From the NCBI GenBank assembly GCA_030622135.1, contig JAUXGL010000003.1, forward strand, positions 1 through 61,902: a stretch of DNA of 61,902 nucleotides. Direction: 5' to 3'. Positions 9,701 through 18,323 of the stretch are shown one piece after another (the first letter of the stretch is position 1; each line of letters begins with the position of its first letter). Origin of the DNA: Deltaproteobacteria bacterium. GTDB lineage: Bacteria; Myxococcota; B64-G9. The notes below the pieces were generated by a model, which did not search any database, was not told where the DNA came from, and was given only the letters and a program-made list of their open reading frames with translations. The position numbers were made by a program, and so were the translations under genes.

Positions 9701-10395
9701 TCGTCGACCTTGAGCACGAAGTGATAGGTACCACCGGGGGACAACCCGGTCACGGTGAACTGCTCGGTGGAACCGGACGCGCCCGGGGAGGGCACTCCGG
9801 TCACGGGCGTGGCCGAATCGAAGTTGGCGGCCGAGATGGTCGACTCCGACCAGCGCAGATCGTAGGAAGCCGCCTGACCCACCCGGCCGTCGTCTCCCGT
9901 GGCCGTCCAACCGAGGTTGACGTCGGCCCCGGAGGCCTGTCCGCTCAGGTCCTCCACCGCGGCAGGCGCGTAAACGTCGTTGTCCGGGGTATACGCCGGC
10001 TCCATGTCGATCGCGATGGTGACCGTCTGGTTCTTGGCGATGGTGATATTGGACTTGGTTCCATGGTAGACCACGTCCTGTCCGGCCAGAGCCTGGACCA
10101 AAAACACCCGGCCGTCACCCACCGGGATGTCCGAAACGGTACCGGTGCGACCCTCGTAGTCGAAGGTCTCCGCGACCAGTTGCTCCCCACCGTGGCTTAC
10201 CGTCACCCTGACCGAGTCCACCACGCCGGAAAGCACTCCGCGGGTACCGGCCCCCGGGAAGGGGGGCGGAGAAAAACGAAGGTGCACCGCGGCGGCCCCG
10301 GTGTCCGGCCCTTCGATCTGGCAGGCGGCCAGGCAAACGGCCAATCCGACCGTGAACAAACATAAGAGCTGAATGGGTAGGCATCTGTTTCGCAT
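6730..10395 (-). CDS. large surface lipoprotein with fibronectin-III-like repeats, IPT/TIG-like domains and a C-terminal beta-propeller-like region
   Basis: Internal ATG at 10395 gives MRNRCLPIQLLCLFTVGLAVCLAAC (lipobox). There are five repeats of the type L.WTA.GDDG..G.A..YD(I/V/L)R(Y/W/F), plus two P.G..V.I.G..FG (IPT-like) units. The 111-codon upstream extension is Arg/Pro junk overlapping the neighbouring gene. Confidence 0.8.
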   Translation of the reverse strand: MRNRCLPIQLLCLFTVGLAVCLAACQIEGPDTGAAAVHLRFSPPPFPGAGTRGVLSGVVDSVRVTVSHGGEQLVAETFDYEGRTGTVSDIPVGDGRVFLVQALAGQDVVYHGTKSNITIAKNQTVTIAIDMEPAYTPDNDVYAPAAVEDLSGQASGADVNLGWTATGDDGRVGQAASYDLRWSESTISAANFDSATPVTGVPSPGASGSTEQFTVTGLSPGGTYHFVLKVDDDRGNRSAVSNEAIVTTGGVDTTAPGASILAVYSVTDTTVTLSWTASGDDGSAGTATVYDVRYLAGSTAIDDTNWATVTEAAGEPTPQAAGSAETFTVTGLTEGQQYYFGMKTGDEVPNWSMLSNSVDATPADVIAPAKVTDLRSPSSDDTSVTLDWTAPGDDDDIGTADHYDIRYLQGTHNESDFDTNWATATIDTNPPAPQVAGGTDTTTIGGLTTGATYTFALKAYDEVPNESPISNVVTLQVGIPDTDPPADVIDLAAVVAGETAVRLAWTAPAEDVSTGLNTATAYDIRYLEGATPIGAANWAAATEVTGEPAPQAPGSAETFDVTGLTPDTQYHFALKTMDEQNNWSVNVSNSPTATPTDIVSPEDIVDLAMTAFDEVSISLQWTAPGDDGNVGTVTAYDIRFAEAPIAGDAEWTAATQFGDLPTAPQAAGSTETVTIDTGLTQGHHYYIRMKTTDDKGNESGMSNQVDQLLPCPACPTVSGFRPPAAPVGAIVSIDGTNFGAAQGTGTVEFGATVATVLSWSDTAIVAAVPAGSTGTMTVTLTNDSTFSTTAVFDVTPHIDAITPNTIALPAGIVITGSGFGSTVDTITFTGTAPVFTVTDTDWTDTQINVDVTSDVVTGPVTVTVGSHDSNTPILTINGDERGWTAPVIWNSDTPGSVPSVFPRAATESNGDVQVVWTETDPLATDLEILGEARVGGSLVGFFNLSDTSSNDSSLPEIAGDGAGTYHLVCLDAGVADSAILYTSGKHDTWSAVETVAGESMDARPAVGLLAGGTVITAWSTGGAVRYNTRSPAGVWGTAGDVLTAGTNAGSVSGAVDPSGNFHIVFINGTDLVHAWFDGGAWNDGGTVAVAGTGTLVSLASDGLGVLHALWWDTTLKYAYRDASGWAAGTAPTATAAAPEALDLVADAGDSLHAVVEDSTGTYAEIHHFQKPPAGAWSVTPEILSDGIPDIDSKQPCLLVNPDLTITVLWSEDYRVRMVSWE

Positions 10396-10417
10396 CGGAC
10401 GCTCCTTGAAACCTGAA

Positions 10418-11566
10418 TCATTGCCACGTAATCGTGGCGGCTCCGTACCCGGGAGGCCCCTCTTCTCGCAACAGGAAATACCAGGCCGCCGTGCCTCCGG
10501 CCCCGGCAACCACCGCGACCGTCGCGGTCCAGAACCACCAGGCCTCGTAAAACTTGGTTTCTTCCCGCCTGGTCGGCTCCGGCTTCTCTTTGGGGTCGGG
10601 CAAGTAGGCCTGGCTCTTGGCAATCTGTTGCCAGGGCGGGATACCTCCCGCGGCTTTCTTCTCGTCTTCGGGAGCAGTGCCCTCCGGCTTCTCCTCGATT
10701 TTTTTCGGCTTGGGCTCTTTCTTCTCAAACACGGCCCAGGGCGGAAGATCGAGCTTCCTCTCCTTCTTCTTCACGGGCTCCTCCGGCACCATCGCGGCCA
10801 CCTCCACGGGCTCGGGCTCAGCCTCCCCCAGCGGCTCCAACTTGGCGGCGACCACCTGCTTTTGTCCCGGCTTGACCACCACCACGTCGCGGAAGGGCCC
10901 GTATCCCTCCGCCTTCACGAGGATGTCGAACACGCCCGACGACACCTTGAAGCTCTTCCCGGTGCGTTTGCCGAAATTCTTTCCGTTCAGGTAGAGATTG
11001 GCCCCGGGCTGTTCACAGTTGACCCGCAGCTTTCCCTTCCCCTTGGCCAGCGTGGTAATCATCGGAGACGATACTCGGCGCGCTACCCACCGGGCAGCCC
11101 GCTTGAGATCCGCGATCCCCTCGCCGGTCAGCTCCGAACTCCCGCGAACCTCCTTGCCCGACTTCACATCGAAGGTCCGCATGCTCAAGTTGACCTCCCC
11201 CTCCTCCTTCTTGGTCACGCTCATGAAGTAAAGCACCTTCGCCCGCAACGCCCTCCCCACGGCCCGGATGCATCGTTTTTGCTCGGTGCATTTTTTGGTG
11301 AAAATTTTCTTCTTCCTGAGCCGCCTTATTTTCTTCCAGACCACCTTACCCGGCACAACCCGGAACACACCGATTTCACGCAACTCCTTTACGACCACCG
11401 ACCCAAGCTCCTTGGCCGTCTTGACGGATAAGCCTTGCACCTTTACCGGCAGGATAGCCACGCGCACTTTTTTGGCTTTGGATCGTTTGCCCTGGGCGGA
11501 AGCAATTCCCAGGCAACCCAGCAACACCAAGACCACCGTAAGACCTGTACAAACTTTTCTCAGCAT
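10418..11566 (-). CDS. PEGA-domain protein with C-terminal membrane anchor
   Basis: ATG at 11566 is preceded by AAGGA and gives signal peptide MLRKVCTGLTVVLVLLGCLGIASA. PEGA-like unit LRVNCEQPGANLYLNGK...VKAEGYGPF. C-terminal FYEAWWFWTATVAVVAGAGG helix. Confidence 0.7.
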   Translation of the reverse strand: MLRKVCTGLTVVLVLLGCLGIASAQGKRSKAKKVRVAILPVKVQGLSVKTAKELGSVVVKELREIGVFRVVPGKVVWKKIRRLRKKKIFTKKCTEQKRCIRAVGRALRAKVLYFMSVTKKEEGEVNLSMRTFDVKSGKEVRGSSELTGEGIADLKRAARWVARRVSSPMITTLAKGKGKLRVNCEQPGANLYLNGKNFGKRTGKSFKVSSGVFDILVKAEGYGPFRDVVVVKPGQKQVVAAKLEPLGEAEPEPVEVAAMVPEEPVKKKERKLDLPPWAVFEKKEPKPKKIEEKPEGTAPEDEKKAAGGIPPWQQIAKSQAYLPDPKEKPEPTRREETKFYEAWWFWTATVAVVAGAGGTAAWYFLLREEGPPGYGAATITWQ

Positions 11567-11679
11567 GGTCCTTATCCTTTCAATCCACACAGATTCGCGA
11601 GCCATATTCATACTGCCAAACCCCCCTCGCCAGGTCAACGATTTTGCAAACGACGCAACAGTTGATAGTATGGTCGACC

Positions 11680-12468
11680 ATGAACGTAGCCATGCTGCAG
11701 TTCGCGCCGGTTTTCGGGGAAGTGCAGGAAAACCTGCGGGCGATCGAGGAAGCCTGTGCGGATCTCCCAGCCGACTTGGTGGTGCTGCCGGAGTTGTGCA
11801 CCACCGGGTACCAGTTCCGGGACCGCAAGGAACTTCTAGAACTGGCCGAGCCGGCCGGCGGGCCATCTATACAGAGGCTGTCCGGCGTGGCCGCCGCCTG
11901 CGGGGGGCATCTGGTGGCGGGCTTCGCCGAAAAGGAATCCGACCTGGTGTTCAACAGCGCGGCGCTGGTAGGACCGGAAGGCGTCGTGGGCGTTTACCGC
12001 AAGATCCACCTTTTCTCCGAGGAGAAGCGGCTGTTCGAGCCGGGGAACCGAGGGTTTCCGGTTTTCCGAGCGGGCGGCATACCCATCGGCATCATGATTT
12101 GCTTTGACTGGCTCTTCCCCGAATCGGCGCGCTCGCTGGCCCTGGGAGGCGCCTGGGTAATTGCCCACGCCGCCAACCTGGTGCTGCCGTTCTGCCAGGA
12201 TGCCCTGATCACCCGGGCACTGGAAAACCGCGTGTTCATTATGAGCTGCAACCGAACCGGCCGGGAGGAACGCATCGCCGGGAAAAAGTACGAGTTCACC
12301 GGCAGAAGTCGGATGGTGGGACCGGACGGGAAAATCCTGGCCGACGGGCCGCCCGACGCCCCGGCCGTGATCACCGCCGAGATCGATCCCCGCCGGGCCG
12401 ACGACAAGAAGGTCACCTCCCTCAACCACGTCATCCGGGATCGCCGGACCGATCAGTACCGGTTGTAG
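11680..12468 (+). CDS. carbon-nitrogen hydrolase (nitrilase superfamily)
   Basis: Glu-Lys-Cys triad context: VVLPELCTTGY, VYRKIHLF, MICFDWLFPE. The start MNVAMLQFAP at 11680 was chosen over 11644. Confidence 0.8.
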   Translation: MNVAMLQFAPVFGEVQENLRAIEEACADLPADLVVLPELCTTGYQFRDRKELLELAEPAGGPSIQRLSGVAAACGGHLVAGFAEKESDLVFNSAALVGPEGVVGVYRKIHLFSEEKRLFEPGNRGFPVFRAGGIPIGIMICFDWLFPESARSLALGGAWVIAHAANLVLPFCQDALITRALENRVFIMSCNRTGREERIAGKKYEFTGRSRMVGPDGKILADGPPDAPAVITAEIDPRRADDKKVTSLNHVIRDRRTDQYRL

Positions 12469-13748
12469 GGATTCTGGACCATGATGGTTTCGGCTCGGCC
12501 GGCGCCCACGGAGATAATGTCCACGGGTAGGTTGAGCAAATGTTCCAGGCACTCGACGTACCGCCGGGCCTGGAGGGGAAGATCCGCCTTGGTTCGGCCT
12601 TCCCCGAGATCTTCCTCCCAGCCCTCGAACTCCTCGTAAATCGGCTCCACCCGAGAAAAATCACGGATGTTGGCGGGCGGCGAGGTCAGCTCTTGCCCGG
12701 CGAGCTTGTACCCCACCCCGATGCGGATGGGATTGATTCCGCTCAGAACGTCCAGCTTGGTGATACACAGCGAGGTCAGCCCGTTTATGGCGGCGGTGTA
12801 CCGCAGAGCCACCAGATCCAGCCACCCGCATCGCCGGGACCTTCCGGTGGTCGCTCCGTATTCGCCACCGGCCTCGCGGAGCTTGTCGCCCAGTTCATCC
12901 TTCAACTCGGTGGGGAAGGGCCCCGCGCCGACGCGGGTGGTGTACGCCTTGGCTACGCCCACCACACCATCTACCCGCTTGGGCCCGAATCCGACCAGCG
13001 GACAAACCGCGCCGGCCGAAGTGCTGGACGAAGTGACGAACGGATAGGTGCCGTGGTCGATGTCCAGCAATGTGCCCTGGGCACCCTCGAAGAGAACGTT
13101 CTTGCCCCGATCCATCTCCTGCCGGACAACCTCCCCCACGTCGCCCACGTACGGAGCCAGGCAGGCGGAGAGCTCCGCCAGGCGGGGAAGGATGTCCTCC
13201 GCCTGCACGGTATCCCGGCCGTAATGCGACAGTAGGGCGTTGACTTCCGGCAGCTTGACTGACAGGCGCTCCGCCAACACCTCGGAGTCGAGCAGATCAC
13301 TCAGGCGAATGCCGGTGCGGGCCGCCTTGTCCTCCAGGCAGGGACCGATCCCCCGCAGGGTGGTGCCGATCTTCTTCGAACCCCGGGCCGCTTCCCGAGC
13401 CGCGTCCAGCAAGCGATGGTAAGGCATCACCAGGTGCGCGCGGTGGCTGATTACCAACACATCGGGACTCACCTGGATGCCTCGCTGGGAGATGGCGTCG
13501 ATCTCCTCCACCAATGTCTCCGGGTCCACCACCACCGCCGGGCCGATGGCGCACCGCTTGGTCGGATGCAGGATGCCCGAGGGAACCAGATGGGTAATCA
13601 GCTGCTTCCCATCCACGATGAGCGTGTGTCCGGCGTTGGCTCCCCCCTGAAACCGGACCACCATATCGGCAAACTCGGCCAGGATATCGACCAGCTTACC
13701 CTTACCCTCATCGCCCCACTGAGTACCCACGACTACCAGGTTTGACAT
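12453..13748 (-). CDS. purA: adenylosuccinate synthase
   Basis: MSNLVVVGTQWGDEGKGKLVDILA...RFQGGANAGHT is the canonical PurA N-terminus. GGAGG upstream of the ATG at 13748. 431 aa. Confidence 0.95.
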   Translation of the reverse strand: MSNLVVVGTQWGDEGKGKLVDILAEFADMVVRFQGGANAGHTLIVDGKQLITHLVPSGILHPTKRCAIGPAVVVDPETLVEEIDAISQRGIQVSPDVLVISHRAHLVMPYHRLLDAAREAARGSKKIGTTLRGIGPCLEDKAARTGIRLSDLLDSEVLAERLSVKLPEVNALLSHYGRDTVQAEDILPRLAELSACLAPYVGDVGEVVRQEMDRGKNVLFEGAQGTLLDIDHGTYPFVTSSSTSAGAVCPLVGFGPKRVDGVVGVAKAYTTRVGAGPFPTELKDELGDKLREAGGEYGATTGRSRRCGWLDLVALRYTAAINGLTSLCITKLDVLSGINPIRIGVGYKLAGQELTSPPANIRDFSRVEPIYEEFEGWEEDLGEGRTKADLPLQARRYVECLEHLLNLPVDIISVGAGRAETIMVQNPYNRY

Positions 13749-13797
13749 CAGGTAACCTCCAGAACCGCCGGGCAAATACCACCCGCCCGTGCCGATG

Positions 13798-14706
13798 TCA
13801 AGACTGCGGCAGGATCTCTACCGGTACCTCCAGCCAGTCAGTCCCGTAGCGCCCGTCGCGTACCACCAGCCAGAGGGTGTGCTCCGGGGACAAGACGCTA
13901 GCGGGCAGACTCCAGGTATTGGTGTCCAGACGCTCGCCGTGGCTGTCGACGTCGAGGATGGTGCGCCGGTGAAGAAACACGCCCGAGGTGCAAAACCAGC
14001 TAAACAGGAAGTCCTCCAGCCGCTCGATGTCGTCGTCTTCACGCATGTAGGTCTGGCGGGTGCCCACGTCCGCCTCCGGAACCACCAGAACCTTTTGGTT
14101 GGCTACAATCTCCAGCGGATCGGCGCCGGCTTCCCAGCGCATTCCTCCCACGCTCACCCCCCGCAGTCTCGGATTCCGGTTGGGCTCCTCTGGTGTGGCG
14201 GCCAGACGAACCCCGATCCGCTTAAATCCTCTGGCTGTCTCGGCGCCGCTTTCCGGCGCCGTGCCATTTGGTACGGTGGCGGCCTGCACCTGAAGCCCCA
14301 CGATCAGGGGCAACTCCCGCATGGGTGGGTTGTCCGGATCGAACCGGCCGACTTGGAATCCCTGCTCGGCCAGCCAGGCGACCAAGTCGTTCATGCGCAC
14401 AGTAGCGGAATCACAGTCGCCCGACAGGTAGAAACTGCCCGGCCCCGGGCAGGAAATATCGGTGGCCGCGCCGCCAAGCTCGAACAGGCAGACCGCCCAG
14501 GTGCAATCCAACGGCCGGCCGGCCCCGCGGGGATCGGCGATGAGCGCGGACAGCTCCACTTCGCCGAATATGTCGGTCTCGGGCGGCTCGGCCCGGATGC
14601 CCAAAATGCGAAGCCGCTCCACCAACGTGATGTGGGCAAACTGTCCGCCGCAGCCTACGGCTGTAAAAACGAGAACCGCGGGCAAGATGAAAATATAACG
14701 GCGCAT
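13798..14706 (-). CDS. hypothetical lipoprotein coupled to the TonB-dependent receptor
   Basis: ATG at 14706 overlaps the receptor's TAA by 1 nt (TAATG). Signal + lipobox MRRYIFILPAVLVFTAVGC. Confidence 0.65.
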   Translation of the reverse strand: MRRYIFILPAVLVFTAVGCGGQFAHITLVERLRILGIRAEPPETDIFGEVELSALIADPRGAGRPLDCTWAVCLFELGGAATDISCPGPGSFYLSGDCDSATVRMNDLVAWLAEQGFQVGRFDPDNPPMRELPLIVGLQVQAATVPNGTAPESGAETARGFKRIGVRLAATPEEPNRNPRLRGVSVGGMRWEAGADPLEIVANQKVLVVPEADVGTRQTYMREDDDIERLEDFLFSWFCTSGVFLHRRTILDVDSHGERLDTNTWSLPASVLSPEHTLWLVVRDGRYGTDWLEVPVEILPQS

Positions 14707-17027
14707 TAGAAGCTCCCGATGATTCCCAGATAGGGAATGAGGGGCAGGCCCTCGATATAGGCCCGCTCGGTGAAGTCGTAGTTGTAGCGGATGCCTTCGA
14801 CGGCCTCGTAGTTGTACACGTTCTGGACGTCCAGGAAGACGGTCAGCGCCCAAATCGGAAACGCCCAGGTGTAGTCCACCCTGAGATCCAGGCGGTGATA
14901 GAACGGAAGCCGCTCGCTGTTGACCAGCCCGGGAATGGGCAGGTAGGTGTCGTAGTCGTTGTCGAAGTATCCGCCGATCAGCGGAGTAACCGGGTTTCCG
15001 GACACCAGTTGGAAGCGCAGCCCGAACCCCCAGCCGTCCCGCCGGCCGTGGGCGAGCTTGACCGGGCCGGTGGGGAGGCTGTAGCCCAGCACCAGGGTAA
15101 GGATGTGGGTCTGGTCGAAGGAGAACAGCCGCCAGGGCGCGTCGGGGCCGTCCTTACGTTTGCTCTGCATCAGGGTGTAGGCCAGCCAGCCGAACAGATC
15201 CTGGGCCAGTTCCCGGCGGATCAGGATCTCCAGCCCGGCGATCTTGCCGATGCCCTGGTTTGAGAAAACCGTGTCCTTATCGGTAACCACCAACCGGTCC
15301 AGGATCTTGTAGAAGTACTGGACGTCCAACTTGACCCTGGCGGGCATCTGCTGCTGAAGCCCGATGGTGAAGTGCCAGGCCCGCTCCAGCTTCAAGTTCG
15401 GGTTCCCCATGGTTTCGGACAGCTCGTCCTCTTGGGCAATCTGCTGGTAAAGACCCACACCGGTCTTGAACACCGTGCCGGGCCGGACCTCGTAGTGCAG
15501 GGAAAAACGGGGCATCAGGGCCGCTTCAAAAAGCGGGTCACCATAGGCCTCCAGGCGCAGGCCGCCGGTCAAGAGCAGTTTTTCAACGGGAGCATAACCC
15601 ACCGTCGCGTACGCGGATCCCCCGTATGCCAGGATCTGCTCGTCTCCCTCGATCAGCTCCAGGGTCTGGAACTTCCCCGGAACTTCTCCTTCCTTGGGCA
15701 TCCGGGGAAGGCGCTGCTCCGACTGGTAGGAATACACCCCGCCGCTCAATCCCGCCCGCAGCTTCCAATGCTCGGCGATCTGCCACTCCAGGTCCGCGCG
15801 GCTGCTCAGGTTGGGAACCGATATATCCAGGTAGCGCAGCTCGCCGATCTGCAGCTTGGCCCGATCCAGCCCGCCAACCACCGACCACTTCAGCTGCCAG
15901 GACGACTTCGGCGAGTGCACCCACACCGCGTAGATCCGGTGGAAATCCATCCACATGGAGAAGTCGCCCCGCAGCGACGGGTCGGAGGACATAGGTCTCT
16001 CGAAGAGGAACTCCAACTCGTCGTGAGATCCGATGACCATCATGTAGAAGCGGTTCTTGGTCGAAGGGATCCACTCGACCTTGGTCTGGTAGTCCCAGTA
16101 ATAGGGCGCCACGGTAAGGTCCAGGGAAACCCCCTCCGGCAGAAGCTCGGGCAGCACTTCCGGAAGCCACATATCCACCGTGCTGCGGCGGGCGGCGGCA
16201 GTGAAGCCCACCTGGTCACCGATGGGCCCTTCCAGGAAGAACCCCGCGTCCAGCATGCTCAGCTCCACGTAGCCGTCGTACCGCTTGGTCGAACACGGCC
16301 GCGTCTGGACGTCGATGACGCCCCCGATGGCGTCCCCGAATTCCGCGCCGAAACCGCCGGGCAAGAAATCGATCCGCTTCAACATGTCCGAGTTGAGCAC
16401 CGACTTTACCTGGCCGAAGTGGTACAAAAGCGGCACCTCGTGCCCGTCGATGAGCACCTTGGAATCCTCCGGCGCCGCTCCCCGAACCACCACCCCGAGC
16501 CCGGAGGCCCCGGTGATGGCCAGGTTCCGGGCCACCCCCGGCAGGCTCTGGACGATCTTGACGATGTCGCCCTGGGTGCCGGGGATCTTCTTGACCTCCT
16601 CCACCTCCAGAACCACGTCGGAGACCTGGGCTTCCAGGCGCTCCGAGCGGATGATTACCTCCTGCACCTCCTCCCGGCCCAGTGGATCCAGCGCGTAGCG
16701 CAGACGGGTGGTTTTCCCGGCGGTCACCTCGAAAGCAGCCCGGAATTGGACGTGCTCGGGATCCCTCACGACTATCTCGTGCCGGCCCGGGCCGACCCCC
16801 GCGAAGTCGAAGCGGCCCTGCTCGTCGGTCACCTCGACCGGCTCCCGGCCGTCGAGCCACAAAGGCGCCCCCATAATCGGCTCGCCGGACAGCTTGTCCA
16901 CCAGGACGCCCGCGACAGAGCCTTTTTCCCGAGCCCCGACGCCGGCCGGAAACCCGGCCGCCAGCAGGATGATGAAAACAATCCACCTGTTTTTTACAAA
17001 CGGCACCATTGTAGACATTATCCCCAA
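14706..17027 (-). CDS. TonB-dependent outer-membrane receptor with N-terminal carboxypeptidase-regulatory-like domain
   Basis: CarboxypepD_reg-like GVLVDKLSGEPIMGAPL...DEQGRFDFAGVGPGRHEIVV. Plug-like IPGTQGDIVKIVQSLPGVAR. Terminal aromatic ...GIIGSF. The true start may be the ATG at 17018 or 17009. Confidence 0.85.
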   Translation of the reverse strand: MGIMSTMVPFVKNRWIVFIILLAAGFPAGVGAREKGSVAGVLVDKLSGEPIMGAPLWLDGREPVEVTDEQGRFDFAGVGPGRHEIVVRDPEHVQFRAAFEVTAGKTTRLRYALDPLGREEVQEVIIRSERLEAQVSDVVLEVEEVKKIPGTQGDIVKIVQSLPGVARNLAITGASGLGVVVRGAAPEDSKVLIDGHEVPLLYHFGQVKSVLNSDMLKRIDFLPGGFGAEFGDAIGGVIDVQTRPCSTKRYDGYVELSMLDAGFFLEGPIGDQVGFTAAARRSTVDMWLPEVLPELLPEGVSLDLTVAPYYWDYQTKVEWIPSTKNRFYMMVIGSHDELEFLFERPMSSDPSLRGDFSMWMDFHRIYAVWVHSPKSSWQLKWSVVGGLDRAKLQIGELRYLDISVPNLSSRADLEWQIAEHWKLRAGLSGGVYSYQSEQRLPRMPKEGEVPGKFQTLELIEGDEQILAYGGSAYATVGYAPVEKLLLTGGLRLEAYGDPLFEAALMPRFSLHYEVRPGTVFKTGVGLYQQIAQEDELSETMGNPNLKLERAWHFTIGLQQQMPARVKLDVQYFYKILDRLVVTDKDTVFSNQGIGKIAGLEILIRRELAQDLFGWLAYTLMQSKRKDGPDAPWRLFSFDQTHILTLVLGYSLPTGPVKLAHGRRDGWGFGLRFQLVSGNPVTPLIGGYFDNDYDTYLPIPGLVNSERLPFYHRLDLRVDYTWAFPIWALTVFLDVQNVYNYEAVEGIRYNYDFTERAYIEGLPLIPYLGIIGSF

Positions 17028-17120
17028 GGAGACTACGTCGCAACAAAACCCTTGCAGACAACGGCCGGGTGAATAGAATAATGTTCTATTTTTACATATC
17101 TATATCGTCTGGAGGTTTTC

Positions 17121-17876
17121 ATGAAATGGATTACTGCACGGGTCGTGCTCGCGGTGCTTTTGGTTGCGGGTCTCGCCCTGGATGCCGGGGCGGGCAAAAA
17201 GAAGAGACTGAAGATCCCCCCTGCCCCCATGAACAAGCAGGTCAAGTTCGAGGCCTACCCGGGCACCGACATCGCCATGGTGACCTACCTCACCTCCCGC
17301 CAAGAGTTTCGGGTGGGCCACGCGCCCTACCAAGCCGAACGGTTTCACGTGGCCGAGTTCATCATCATCACCAACCACACCCGCAAGTACCTTAGGCCCG
17401 ACCTGAAGGCGGAAATCAAGATGGCCCCCCAGCGGAGCCGGCCCAAGCTGATGGCCAACCCGACCTTCCATAAGAAATGGAAGTCCCAGGTGAGCGCCTA
17501 CCGGCAAACGCTCGAAGCATATAAAAAAACCAGGATCCCCAAGTCCTGCAAAAGCGCCTTCGCCAAGTTCACCCAAGCCTTCCATGACGAGATCTTCTTG
17601 GCGGAGAAGATCGCCACGCGCATGTTCGCATCCCAGAAGATCCGCGCCCGCGAGCTTTTGCGCGGCGACCTCAAGGAACGCTTCCGCTCCCGGGAAAAAG
17701 ACTGGTTCGACCGCCTGCTGGACGACTTCGAGGAAAATCCCAACCTGGAGAAGTTCTACACGCGTTTCGCGGACATATTCATCGACGGCGCTTTAAAGAA
17801 AGCCGGCGAACAGGCCGAGGCGGTCATGCAGAAAGTCGAGTTGGAGTACGCCACCGCCGACAAGGAAACCGACTAA
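17121..17876 (+). CDS. hypothetical secreted protein
   Basis: 251 aa with signal peptide MKWITARVVLAVLLVAGLALDAGAG and a Lys/Glu-rich helical composition. No family recognised. Confidence 0.6.
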   Translation: MKWITARVVLAVLLVAGLALDAGAGKKKRLKIPPAPMNKQVKFEAYPGTDIAMVTYLTSRQEFRVGHAPYQAERFHVAEFIIITNHTRKYLRPDLKAEIKMAPQRSRPKLMANPTFHKKWKSQVSAYRQTLEAYKKTRIPKSCKSAFAKFTQAFHDEIFLAEKIATRMFASQKIRARELLRGDLKERFRSREKDWFDRLLDDFEENPNLEKFYTRFADIFIDGALKKAGEQAEAVMQKVELEYATADKETD

Positions 17877-17929
17877 GGATATTATCGAATAGCCGCTACT
17901 ACCGCAAAAAGCGCGGCACAAGACGTACG

Positions 17930-18154
17930 ATGCGCGGCGTTGGTGGCTCCGGTAAGACTCGCGAAGCTGCACCTGATTTGGAGGTGTTCCTGAGGCTGGC
18001 CCTAGAGACCTTCAGGCGGGAAGAGATCTCGCGGGCGAAGCTCGTCGAAGTCACGGCCATGGTCGATGTGGCCGCGAGCGATGTGGATCGAGCCACTTTG
18101 GACCTGGGCCTCGATGATGACGGGGGTGCCGAGGTTCACCTCCCCGGAGCGTAG
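17930..18154 (+). pseudogene. remnant 3' end of an XRE-ImmA/IrrE-type gene
   Basis: The last ~55 codons (LALETFRREEISRAKLVEV...GAEVHLPGA*) duplicate the C-terminus of the intact gene at 33039..34304. No HTH or HExxH part lies upstream. Confidence 0.75.
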
Positions 18155-18193
18155 TCGATGGCTGCTGTGGAACGAACACGCATCGTCGTGACC
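17994..18193 (+). repeat. left copy of 200-bp direct repeat flanking the island
   Basis: Ungapped hand alignment with 34144-34343 gives 192/200 identical. Confidence 0.9.
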
Positions 18194-18323
18194 GACGCCA
18201 ATGTGCTCATCAACCTGATCCATGTGGAAGTTCTTCGCCTTATAAATGCCATTCCTGAAGGGCACCTGGTAGAGCGACTGGAACTCGGTCTCGGTCCACT
18301 TCATCCCACCAACTCCTCAAAAT
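18158..18323 (+). pseudogene. 5' fragment of a PIN-domain (VapC-like) gene, truncated at the island edge
   Basis: MAAVERTRIVVTDANVLINLIHVEVLRLINAIPEGHLV matches a PIN N-terminus (D-x-N-V-L-I). Beyond ~18300 the frame reads antisense to the DUF1016 gene. Confidence 0.55.

Noticed and set aside
10396-10728. 111-codon N-terminal extension of the 6730..10728 ORF (TTG start)
   Set aside because: The extension is Arg/Lys/Pro-rich and overlaps the 3' end of the PEGA gene. An internal ATG at 10395 gives a clean lipoprotein signal peptide.
15372-17072. 566-aa plus-strand ORF opposite the TonB-dependent receptor
   Set aside because: It is fully antisense to a gene with clear plug, barrel and terminal-Phe features. 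Composition is Arg/Pro/His-rich with no recognisable motif.
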